A stretch of DNA of 64,000 nucleotides from Auanema rhodensis (GCA_964057225.1 OZ059894.1:18538001-18602000); one strand, 5' to 3'; shown: positions 1 to 12,300, numbered from the stretch's first letter. The notes: a model not told the origin generated them from the sequence alone. Translations and numbers: made by a program.

Positions 1-52
1 ACGCTTAATACAAAAATTAGTTATGATCGTTTGAAAAATGATGCATTAGTGT

Positions 53-80
53 ATGTTGAGTTTCCATGTACACTCAACAT
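53..80. other. Inverted repeat 1 (in 351/352/353/442-type monomers): 9-bp stem ATGTTGAGT/ACTCAACAT, 10-nt loop
   Basis: 53-61 is the exact reverse complement of 72-80. Confidence 0.9.
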
Positions 81-93
81 TGCTTCCAAAAAC

Positions 94-128
94 ATTTTGA
101 CAAAAATTTTTTCGAAAAATTTCAAAAT
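94..128. other. Inverted repeat 2: imperfect AT-rich palindrome centred on TTCGAA
   Basis: ATTTTGA (94-100) and TCAAAAT (122-128) flank AAATTTTTTCGAAAAATTT, which has a perfect 12-bp core TTTTTCGAAAAA. Confidence 0.85.
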
Positions 129-230
129 AATTTAGCAAAAAGTAGATGTTTTTAGATTCCTTTTTTCAAGGCAAAGACGATGGACAATGTTATTCAACGA
201 AAAAATTAATTCTTCAGGGTGAAAATCGAG

Positions 231-252
231 GATATAAGTGTGAACTTATATC
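231..252. other. Inverted repeat 3: 9-bp stem GATATAAGT/ACTTATATC with GTGA loop, overlapping the palindrome ATATCA-GT-TGATAT
   Basis: 231-239 is the exact reverse complement of 244-252. Confidence 0.9.
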
Positions 253-264
253 AGTTGATATCTC

Positions 265-331
265 TCGGTGCATTTTTAAGCTAGCGCAAATCTGTTAACA
301 CAGATCAACGCAGCTTAAAAATCCGCATCGA
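265..331. other. Inverted repeat 4: ~67-bp interrupted stem-loop
   Basis: Paired segments are TCGGTGC/GCATCGA (one G-T), ATTTTTAAGCT (272-282)/AGCTTAAAAAT (312-322, perfect 11 bp), GCG/CGC, and ATCTGT (290-295)/ACAGAT (300-305) around the loop TAAC. Confidence 0.9.
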
Positions 332-3300
332 ATGCACTATACTACATTGAGAAACGCTTAATACAAAAATTAGTTATGATCGTTTGAAAAATGATGCATT
401 AGTGTATGTTGAGTTTCCATGTACACTCAACATTGCTTCCAAAAACATTTTGACAAAAATTTTTTCGAAAAATTTCAAAATAATTTAGCAAAAAGTAGAT
501 GTTTTTAGATTCCTTTTTTCAAGGCAAAGACGATGGACAATGTTATTCAACGAAAAAATTAATTCTTCAGGGTGAAAATCGAGGATATAAGTGTGAACTT
601 ATATCAGTTGATATCTCTCGGTGCATTTTTAAGCTAGCGCAAATCTGTTAACACAGATCAACGCAGCTTAAAAATCCGCATCGAATGCACTATACTACAT
701 TGAGAAACGCTTAATACAAAAATTAGTTATGATCGTTTGAAAAATGATGCATTAGTGTATGTTGAGTTTCCATGTACACTCAACATTGCTTCCAAAAACA
801 TTTTGACAAAAATTTTTTCGAAAAATTTCAAAATAATTTAGCAAAAAGTAGATGTTTTTAGATTCCTTTTTTCAAGGCAAAGACGATGGACAATGTTATT
901 CAACGAAAAAATTAATTCTTCAGGGTGAAAATCGAGGATATAAGTGTGAACTTATATCAGTTGATATCTCTCGGTGCATTTTTAAGCTAGCGCAAATCTG
1001 TTAACACAGATCAACGCAGCTTAAAAATCCGCATCGAATGCACTATACTACATTGAGAAACGCTTAATACAAAAATTAGTTATGATCGTTTGAAAAATGA
1101 TGCATTAGTGTATGTTGAGTTTCCATGTACACTCAACATTGCTTCCAAAAACATTTTGACAAAAATTTTTTCGAAAAATTTCAAAATAATTTAGCAAAAA
1201 GTAGATGTTTTTAGATTCCTTTTTTCAAGGCAAAGACGATGGACAATGTTATTCAACGAAAAAATTAATTCTTCAGGGTGAAAATCGAGGATATAAGTGT
1301 GAACTTATATCAGTTGATATCTCTCGGTGCATTTTTAAGCTAGCGCAAATCTGTTAACACAGATCAACGCAGCTTAAAAATCCGCATCGAATGCACTATA
1401 CTACATTGAGAAACGCTTAAAACAAAAATTAGTTATGATCGTTTGAAAAATGATGCATTAGTGTATGTTGAGTTTCCATGTACACTCAACATTGCTTCCA
1501 AAAACATTTTGACAAAAATTTTTTCGAAAAATTTCAAAATAATTTAGCAAAAAGTAGATGTTTTTAGATTCCTTTTTTCAAGGCAAAGACGATGGACAAT
1601 GTTATTCAACGAAAAAATTAATTCTTCAGGGTGAAAATCGAGGATATAAGTGTGAACTTATATCAGTTGATATCTCGGTGCATTTTTAAGCTAGCGCAAA
1701 TCTGTTAACACAGATCAACGCAGCTTAAAAATCCGCATCGAATGCACTATACTACATTGAGAAACGCTTAATACAAAATTTAGTTATGATCGTTTGAAAA
1801 ATGATGCATTAGTGTATGTTCAGTTTCCATGTACACTCAACATTGCTTCCAAAAACATTTTGACAAAAATTTTTTCGAAAAATTTCAAAATAATTTAGCA
1901 AAAAGTAGATGTTTTTAGATTCCTTTTTTCAAGGCAAAGACGATGGACAATGTTATTCAACGAAAAAATTAATTCTTCAGGGTGAAAATCGAGGATATAA
2001 GTGTGAACTTATATCAGTTGATATCTCTCGGTGCATTTTTAAGCTAGCGCAAATCTGTTAACACAGATCAACGCAGCTTAAAAATCCGCATCGAATGCAC
2101 TATACTACATTGAGAAACGCTTAATACAAAAATTAGTTATGATCGTTTGAAAAATGATGCATTAGTGTATGTTGAGTTTCCATGTACACTCAACATTGCT
2201 TCCAAAAACATTTTGACAAAAATTTTTTCGAAAAATTTCAAAATAATTTAGCAAAAAGTAGATGTTTTTAGATTCCTTTTTTCAAGGCAAAGACGATGGA
2301 CAATGTTATTCAACGAAAAAATTAATTCTTCAGGGTGAAAATCGAGGATATAAGTGTGAACTTATATCAGTTGATATCTCGGTGCATTTTTAAGCTAGCG
2401 CAAATCTGATAACACAGATCGACGCAGCTTAAAAATCCGCATCGAATGCACTATACTACATTGAGAAACGCTTAAAACAAAAATTAGTTATGATCGTTTG
2501 AAAAATGATGCATTAGTGTATGTTGAGTTTCCATGTACACTCAACATTGCTTCCAAAAACATTTTGACAAAAATTTTTTCGAAAAATTTCAAAATAATTT
2601 AGCAAAAAGTAGATGTTTTTAGATTCCTTTTTTCAAGGCAAAGACGATGGACAATGTTATTCAACGAAAAAATTAATTCTTCAGGGTGAAAATCGAGGAT
2701 ATAAGTGTGAACTTATATCAGTTGATATCTCGGTGTATTTTTAAGCTAGCGCAAATCTGTTAACACAGATCAACGCAGCTTAAAAATCCGCATCGAATGC
2801 ACTATACTACATTGAGAAACGCTTAATACAAAATTTAGTTATGATCGTTTGAAAAATGATGCATTAGTGTATGTTGAGTTTCCATGTACACTCAACATTG
2901 CTTCCAAAAACATTTTGACAAAAATTTTTTCGAAAAATTTCAAAATAATTTAGCAAAAAGTAGATGTTTTTAGATTCCTTTTTTCAAGGCAAAGACGATG
3001 GACAATGTTATTCAACGAAAAAATTAATTCTTCAGGGTGAAAATCGAGGATATAAGTGTGAACTTATATCAGTTGATATCTCGGTGCATTTTTAAGCTAG
3101 CGCAAATCTGATAACACAGATCAACGCAGCTTAAAAATCCGCATCGAATGCACTATACTACATTGAGAAACGCTTAAAACAAAAATTAGTTATGATCGTT
3201 TGAAAAATGATGCATTAGTGTATGTTGAGTTTCCATGTACACTCAACATTGCTTCCAAAAACATTTTGACAAAAATTTTTTCGAAAAATTTCAAAATAAT

Positions 3301-6300
3301 TTAGCAAAAAGTAGATGTTTTTAGATTCCTTTTTTCAAGGCAAAGACGATGGACAATGTTATTCAACGAAAAAATTAATTCTTCAGGGTGAAAATCGAGG
3401 ATATAAGTGTGAACTTATATCAGTTGATATCTCGGTGCATTTTTAAGCTAGCGCAAATCTGTTAACACAGATCAACGCAGCTTAAAAATCCGCATCGAAT
3501 GCACTATACTACATTGAGAAACGCTTAATACAAAAATTAGTTATGATCGTTTGAAAAATGATGCATTAGTGTATGTTGAGTTTCCATGTACACTCAACAT
3601 TGCTTCCAAAAACATTTTGACAAAAATTTTTTCGAAAAATTTCAAAATAATTTAGCAAAAAGTAGATGTTTTTAGATTCCTTTTTTCAAGGCAAAGACGA
3701 TGAACAATGTTATTCAACGAAAAAATTAATTCTTCAGGGTGAAATTCGAGGATATAAGTGTGAACTTATATCAGTTGATATCTCGGTGCATTTTTAAGCT
3801 AGCGCAAATCTGATAACACAGATCAACGCAGCTTAAAAATCCGCATCGAATGCACTATACTACATTGAGAAACGCTTAAAACAAAAATTAGTTATGATCG
3901 TTTGAAAAATGATGCATTAGTGTATGTTGAGTTTCCATGTACACTCAACATTGCTTCCAAAAACATTTTGACAAAAATTTTTTCGAAAAATTTCAAAATA
4001 ATTTAGCAAAAAGTAGATGTTTTTAGATTCCTTTTTTCAAGGCAAAGACGATGGACAATGTTATTCAACGAAAAAATTAATTCTTCAGGGTGAAAATCGA
4101 GGATATAAGTGTGAACTTATATCAGTTGATATCTCTCGGTGCATTTTTAAGCTAGCGCAAATCTGTTAACACAGATCAACGCAGCTTAAAAATCCGCATC
4201 GAATGCACTATACTACATTGAGAAACGCTTAAAACAAAAATTAGTTATGATCGTTTGAAAAATGATGCATTAGTGTATGTTGAGTTTCCATGTACACTCA
4301 ACATTGCTTCCAAAAACATTTTGACAAAAATTTTTTCGAAAAATTTCAAAATAATTTAGCAAAAAGTAGATGTTTTTAGATTCCTTTTTTCAAGGCAAAG
4401 ACGATGGACAATGTTATTCAACGAAAAAATTAATTCTTCAGGGTGAAAATCGAGGATATAAGTGTGAACTTATATCAGTTGATATCTCGGTGCATTTTTA
4501 AGCTAGCGCAAATCTGTTAACACAGATCAACGCAGCTTAAAAATCCGCATCGAATGCACTATACTACATTGAGAAACGCTTAAAACAAAAATTAGTTATG
4601 ATCGTTTGAAAAATGATGCATTAGTGTATGTTGAGTTTCCATGTACACTCAACATTGCTTCCAAAAACATTTTGACAAAAATTTTTTCGAAAAATTTCAA
4701 AATAATTTAGCAAAAAGTAGATGTTTTTAGATTCCTTTTTTCAAGGCAAAGACGATGGACAATGTTATTCAACGAAAAAATTAATTCTTCAGGGTGAAAA
4801 TCGAGGATATAAGTGTGAACTTATATCAGTTGATATCTCGGTGCATTTTTAAGCTAGCGCAAATCTGTTAACACAGATCAACGCAGCTTAAAAATCCGCA
4901 TCGAATGCACTATACTACATTGAGAAACGCTTAATACAAAAATTAGTTATGATCGTTTGAAAAATGATGCATTAGTGTATGTTGAGTTTCCATGTACACT
5001 CAACATTGCTTCCAAAAACATTTTGACAAAAATTTTTTCGAAAAATTTCAAAATAATTTAGCAAAAAGTAGATGTTTTTAGATTCCTTTTTTCAAGGCAA
5101 AGACGATGAACAATGTTATTCAACGAAAAAATTAATTCTTCAGGGTGAAATTCGAGGATATAAGTGTGAACTTATATCAGTTGATATCTCGGTGCATTTT
5201 TAAGCTAGCGCAAATCTGATAACACAGATCAACGCAGCTTAAAAATCCGCATCGAATGCACTATACTACATTGAGAAACGCTTAAAACAAAAATTAGTTA
5301 TGATCGTTTGAAAAATGATGCATTAGTGTATGTTGAGTTTCCATGTACACTCAACATTGCTTCCAAAAACATTTTGACAAAAATTTTTTCGAAAAATTTC
5401 AAAATAATTTAGCAAAAAGTAGATGTTTTTAGATTCCTTTTTTCAAGGCAAAGACGATGGACAATGTTATTCAACGAAAAAATTAATTCTTCAGGGTGAA
5501 AATCGAGGATATAAGTGTGAACTTATATCAGTTGATATCTCTCGGTGCATTTTTAAGCTAGCGCAAATCTGTTAACACAGATCAACGCAGCTTAAAAATC
5601 CGCATCGAATGCACTATACTACATTGAGAAACGCTTAAAACAAAAATTAGTTATGATCGTTTGAAAAATGATGCATTAGTGTATGTTGAGTTTCCATGTA
5701 CACTCAACATTGCTTCCAAAAACATTTTGACAAAAATTTTTTCGAAAAATTTCAAAATAATTTAGCAAAAAGTAGATGTTTTTAGATTCCTTTTTTCAAG
5801 GCAAAGACGATGGACAATGTTATTCAACGAAAAAATTAATTCTTCAGGGTGAAAATCGAGGATATAAGTGTGAACTTATATCAGTTGATATCTCGGTGTA
5901 TTTTTAAGCTAGCGCAAATCTGTTAACACAGATCAACGCAGCTTAAAAATCCGCATCGAATGCACTATACTACATTGAGAAACGCTTAATACAAAATTTA
6001 GTTATGATCGTTTGAAAAATGATGCATTAGTGTATGTTGAGTTTCCATGTACACTCAACATTGCTTCCAAAAACATTTTGACAAAAATTTTTTCGAAAAA
6101 TTTCAAAATAATTTAGCAAAAAGTAGATGTTTTTAGATTCCTTTTTTCAAGGCAAAGACGATGGACAATGTTATTCAACGAAAAAATTAATTCTTCAGGG
6201 TGAAAATCGAGGATATAAGTGTGAACTTATATCAGTTGATATCTCTCGGTGCATTTTTAAGCTAGCGCAAATCTGTTAACACAGATCAACGCAGCTTAAA

Positions 6301-9300
6301 AATCCGCATCGAATGCACTATACTACATTGAGAAACGCTTAATACAAAAATTAGTTATGATCGTTTGAAAAATGATGCATTAGTGTATGTTGAGTTTCCA
6401 TGTACACTCAACATTGCTTCCAAAAACATTTTGACAAAAATTTTTTCGAAAAATTTCAAAATAATTTAGCAAAAAGTAGATGTTTTTAGATTCCTTTTTT
6501 CAAGGCAAAGACGATGAACAATGTTATTCAACGAAAAAATTAATTCTTCAGGGTGAAAATCGAGGATATAAGTGTGAACTTATATCAGTTGATATCTCGG
6601 TGCATTTTTAAGCTAGCGCAAATCTGTTAACACAGATCAACGCAGCTTAAAAATCCGCATCGAATGCACTATACTACATTGAGAAACGCTTAATACAAAA
6701 ATTAGTTATGATCGTTTGAAAAATGATGCATTAGTGTATGTTGAGTTTCCATGTACACTCAACATTGCTACCAAAAACATTTTGACAAAAATTTTTTCGA
6801 AAAATTTCAAAATAATTTAGCAAAAAGTAGATGTTTTTAGATTTCTTTTTTCAAGGCAAAGACGATGGACAATGTTATTCAACGAAAAAATTAATTCTTC
6901 AGGGTGAAAATCGAGGATATAAGTGTGAACTTATATCAGTTGATATCTCGGTGTATTTTTAAGCTAGCGCAAATCTGTTAACACAGATCAACGCAGCTTA
7001 AAAATCCGCATCGAATGCACTATACTACATTGAGAAACGCTTAATACAAAATTTAGTTATGATCGTTTGAAAAATGATGCATTAGTGTATGTTGAGTTTC
7101 CATGTACACTCAACATTGCTTCCAAAAACATTTTGACAAAAATTTTTTCGAAAAATTTCAAAATAATTTAGCAAAAAGTAGATGTTTTTAGATTCCTTTT
7201 TTCAAGGCAAAGACGATGGACAATGTTATTCAACGAAAAAATTAATTCTTCAGGGTGAAAATCGAGGATATAAGTGTGAACTTATATCAGTTGATATCTC
7301 GGTGCATTTTTAAGCTAGCGCAAATCTGATAACACAGATCAACGCAGCTTAAAAATCCGCATCGAATGCACTATACTACATTGAGAAACGCTTAAAACAA
7401 AAATTAGTTATGATCGTTTGAAAAATGATGCATTAGTGTATGTTGAGTTTCCATGTACACTCAACATTGCTTCCAAAAACATTTTGACAAAAATTTTTTC
7501 GAAAAATTTCAAAATAATTTAGCAAAAAGTAGATGTTTTTAGATTCCTTTTTTCAAGGCAAAGACGATGGACAATGTTATTCAACGAAAAAATTAATTCT
7601 TCAGGGTGAAAATCGAGGATATAAGTGTGAACTTATATCAGTTGATATCTCGGTGCATTTTTAAGCTAGCGCAAATCTGTTAACACAGATCAACGCAGCT
7701 TAAAAATCCGCATCGAATGCACTATACTACATTGAGAAACGCTTAATACAAAAATTAGTTATGATCGTTTGAAAAATGATGCATTAGTGTATGTTGAGTT
7801 TCCATGTACACTCAACATTGCTTCCAAAAACATTTTGACAAAAATTTTTTCGAAAAATTTCAAAATAATTTAGCAAAAAGTAGATGTTTTTAGATTCCTT
7901 TTTTCAAGGCAAAGACGATGGACAATGTTATTCAACGAAAAAATTAATTCTTCAGGGTGAAAATCGAGGATATAAGTGTGAACTTATATCAGTTGATATC
8001 TCGGTGTATTTTTAAGCTAGCGCAAATCTGTTAACACAGATCAACGCAGCTTAAAAATCCGCATCGAATGCACTATACTACATTGAGAAACGCTTAATAC
8101 AAAATTTAGTTATGATCGTTTGAAAAATGATGCATTAGTGTATGTTGAGTTTCCATGTACACTCAACATTGCTTCCAAAAACATTTTGACAAAAATTTTT
8201 TCGAAAAATTTCAAAATAATTTAGCAAAAAGTAGATGTTTTTAGATTCCTTTTTTCAAGGCAAAGACGATGGACAATGTTATTCAACGAAAAAATTAATT
8301 CTTCAGGGTGAAAATCGAGGATATAAGTGTGAACTTATATCAGTTGATATCTCGGTGCATTTTTAAGCTAGCGCAAATCTGTTAACACAGATCAACGCAG
8401 CTTAAAAATCCGCATCGAATGCACTATACTACATTGAGAAACGCTTAATACAAAAATTAGTTATGATCGTTTGAAAAATGATGCATTAGTGTATGTTGAG
8501 TTTCCATGTACACTCAACATTGCTTCCAAAAACATTTTGACAAAAATTTTTTCGAAAAATTTCAAAATAATTTAGCAAAAAGTAGATGTTTTTAGATTCC
8601 TTTTTTCAAGGCAAAGACGATGAACAATGTTATTCAACGAAAAAATTAATTCTTCAGGGTGAAAATCGAGGATATAAGTGTGAACTTATATCAGTTGATA
8701 TCTCGGTGCATTTTTAAGCTAGCGCAAATCTGTTAACACAGATCAACGCAGCTTAAAAATCCGCATCGAATGCACTATACTACATTGAGAAACGCTTAAA
8801 ACAAAAATTAGTTATGATCGTTTGAAAAATGATGCATTAGTGTATGTTGAGTTTCCATGTACACTCAACATTGCTTCCAAAAACATTTTGACAAAAATTT
8901 TTTCGAAAAATTTCAAAATAATTTAGCAAAAAGTAGATGTTTTTAGATTCCTTTTTTCAAGGCAAAGACGATGGACAATGTTATTCAACGAAAAAATTAA
9001 TTCTTCAGGGTGAAAATCGAGGATATAAGTGTGAACTTATATCAGTTGATATCTCGGTGCATTTTTAAGCTAGCGCAAATCTGATAACACAGATCAACGC
9101 AGCTTAAAAATCCGCATCGAATGCACTATACTACATTGAGAAACGCTTAAAACAAAAATTAGTTATGATCGTTTGAAAAATGATGCATTAGTGTATGTTG
9201 AGTTTCCATGTACACTCAACATTGCTTCCAAAAACATTTTGACAAAAATTTTTTCGAAAAATTTCAAAATAATTTAGCAAAAAGTAGATGTTTTTAGATT

Positions 9301-12300
9301 CCTTTTTTCAAGGCAAAGACGATGGACAATGTTATTCAACGAAAAAATTAATTCTTCAGGGTGAAAATCGAGGATATAAGTGTGAACTTATATCAGTTGA
9401 TATCTCTCGGTGCATTTTTAAGCTAGCGCAAATCTGTTAACACAGATCAACGCAGCTTAAAAATCCGCATCGAATGCACTATACTACATTGAGAAACGCT
9501 TAAAACAAAAATTAGTTATGATCGTTTGAAAAATGATGCATTAGTGTATGTTGAGTTTCCATGTACACTCAACATTGCTTCCAAAAACATTTTGACAAAA
9601 ATTTTTTCGAAAAATTTCAAAATAATTTAGCAAAAAGTAGATGTTTTTAGATTCCTTTTTTCAAGGCAAAGACGATGGACAATGTTATTCAACGAAAAAA
9701 TTAATTCTTCAGGGTGAAAATCGAGGATATAAGTGTGAACTTATATCAGTTGATATCTCGGTGTATTTTTAAGCTAGCGCAAATCTGTTAACACAGATCA
9801 ACGCAGCTTAAAAATCCGCATCGAATGCACTATACTACATTGAGAAACGCTTAATACAAAATTTAGTTATGATCGTTTGAAAAATGATGCATTAGTGTAT
9901 GTTGAGTTTCCATGTACACTCAACATTGCTTCCAAAAACATTTTGACAAAAATTTTTTCGAAAAATTTCAAAATAATTTAGCAAAAAGTAGATGTTTTTA
10001 GATTCCTTTTTTCAAGGCAAAGACGATGGACAATGTTATTCAACGAAAAAATTAATTCTTCAGGGTGAAAATCGAGGATATAAGTGTGAACTTATATCAG
10101 TTGATATCTCGGTGCATTTTTAAGCTAGCGCAAATCTGTTAACACAGATCAACGCAGCTTAAAAATCCGCATCGAATGCACTATACTACATTGAGAAACG
10201 CTTAATACAAAAATTAGTTATGATCGTTTGAAAAATGATGCATTAGTGTATGTTGAGTTTCCATGTACACTCAACATTGCTTCCAAAAACATTTTGACAA
10301 AAATTTTTTCGAAAAATTTCAAAATAATTTAGCAAAAAGTAGATGTTTTTAGATTCCTTTTTTCAAGGCAAAGACGATGAACAATGTTATTCAACGAAAA
10401 AATTAATTCTTCAGGGTGAAAATCGAGGATATAAGTGTGAACTTATATCAGTTGATATCTCGGTGCATTTTTAAGCTAGCGCAAATCTGTTAACACAGAT
10501 CAACGCAGCTTAAAAATCCGCATCGAATGCACTATACTACATTGAGAAACGCTTAATACAAAAATTAGTTATGATCGTTTGAAAAATGATGCATTAGTGT
10601 ATGTTGAGTTTCCATGTACACTCAACATTGCTTCCAAAAACATTTTGACCAAAATTTTTTCGAAAAATTTCAAAATAATTTAGCAAAAAGTAGATGTTTT
10701 TAGATTCCTTTTTTCAAGGCAAAGACGATGGACAATGTTATTTAACGAAAAAATTAATTCTTCAGGGTGAAAATCGAGGATATAAGTGTGAACTTATATC
10801 AGTTGATATCTCTCGGTGCATTTTTAAGCTAGCGCAAATCTGTTAACACAGATCAACGCAGCTTAAACATCCGCATCGAATGCACTATACTACATTGAGA
10901 AACGCTTAAAACAAAAATTAGTTATGATCGTTTGAAAAATGATGCATTAGTGTATGTTGAGTTTCCATGTACACTCAACATTGCTTCCAAAAACATTTTG
11001 ACAAAAATTTTTTCGAAAAATTTCAAAATAATTTAGCAAAAAGTAGATGTTTTTAGATTCCTTTTTTCAAGGCAAAGACGATGGACAATGTTATTCAACG
11101 AAAAAATTAATTCTTCAGGGTGAAAATCGAGGATATAAGTGTGAACTTATATCAGTTGATATCTCTCGGTGCATTTTTAAGCTAGCGCAAATCTGTTAAC
11201 ACAGATCAACGCAGCTTAAAAATCCGCATCGAATGCACTATACTACATTGAGAAACGCTTAAAACAAAAATTAGTTATGATCGTTTGAAAAATGATGCAT
11301 TAGTGTATGTTGAGTTTCCATGTACACTCAACATTGCTTCCAAAAACATTTTGACAAAAATTTTTTCGAAAAATTTCAAAATAATTTAGCAAAAAGTAGA
11401 TGTTTTTAGATTCCTTTTTTCAAGGCAAAGACGATGGACAATGTTATTCAACGAAAAAATTAATTCTTCAGGGTGAAAATCGAGGATATAAGTGTGAACT
11501 TATATCAGTTGATATCTCGGTGGATTTTTAAGCTAGCGCAAATCTGATAACACAGATCGACGCAGCTTAAAAATCCGCACCGAATGCACTATACTACATT
11601 GAGAAACGCTTAAAACAAAAATTAGTTATGATCGTTTGAAAAATGATGCATTAGTGTATGTTGAGTTTCCATGTACACTCAACATTGCTTCCAAAAACAT
11701 TTTGACAAAAATTTTTTCGAAAAATTTCAAAATAATTTAGCAAAAAGTAGATGTTTTTAGATTCCTTTTCTCAAGGCAAAGACGATGGACAATGTTATTC
11801 AACGAAAAAATTAATTCTTCAGGGTGAAAATCGAGGATATAAGTGTGAACTTATATCAGTTGATATCTCTCGGTGCATTTTTAAGCTAGCGCAAATCTGA
11901 TAACACAGATCAACGCAGCTTAAAAATCCGCATCGAATGCACTATACTACATTGAGAAACGCTTAAAACAAAAATTAGTTATGATCGTTTGAAAAATGAT
12001 GCATTAGTGTATGTTGAGTTTCCATGTACACTCAACATTGCTTCCAAAAACATTTTGACAAAAATTTTTTCGAAAAATTTCAAAATAATTTAGCAAAAAG
12101 TAGATGTTTTTAGATTCCTTTTTTCAAGGCAAAGACGATGGACAATGTTATTCAACGAAAAAATTAATTCTTCAGGGTGAAAATCGAGGATATAAGTGTG
12201 AACTTATATCAGTTGATATCTCGGTGTATTTTTAAGCTAGCGCAAATCTGTTAACACAGATCAACGCAGCTTAAAAATCCGCATCGAATGCACTATACTA

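Larger units (their letters stand above)
1..353. repeat. Representative monomer (353-bp class, GATATCTCTCGG allele); phase arbitrary
   Basis: Period is 353 for the first four units (1, 354, 707, 1060, 1413) and 351 for 1413-1764, which has GATATCTCGG. This monomer has single NsiI (ATGCAT), BstBI (TTCGAA), EcoRV (GATATC) and NheI (GCTAGC) sites. HpaI (GTTAAC) is present only in CTGTTAAC-allele monomers. Confidence 0.98.

Noticed and set aside
110-126. CENP-B box-like TTCGnnnnA
   Set aside because: The essential CGGG half is missing, and the partial match is expected by chance in an A-rich context.
160-220. Hammerhead ribozyme, as known from newt, schistosome and cave-cricket satellites: the minus strand reads CTGAAGA (211-217) followed later by GAAA
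   Set aside because: I could not form stem II between CTGAAGA and the GAAA, nor find convincing stems I and III. The plus-strand CTGATAA allele lacks the conserved G8. An Infernal/Rfam scan of a dimer would settle it.
231-331. Intrinsic terminators, tRNA, 5S rRNA or snRNA gene repeat
   Set aside because: The hairpins are AT-rich with no upstream gene. I recognised no cloverleaf, Pol III A/B boxes or known RNA gene sequence. The GTGA loop fits GNRA, but one tetraloop is not evidence.
1-353. Assignment to a named ~350-360-bp satellite (e.g. Drosophila 1.688/359-bp or Tribolium satellites)
   Set aside because: Length and AT content are similar, but I do not recognise sequence identity. A BLASTN search is needed.
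1413-1763. 351 bp is 117 codons, suggesting a tandem-repeat protein gene
   Set aside because: The frame of the 79-aa ORF has seven stops (TAA, TAG and TGA) per monomer, the ORF track shows no long ORF in any frame, and the 352-, 353-, 328- and 419-bp variants break frame freely.
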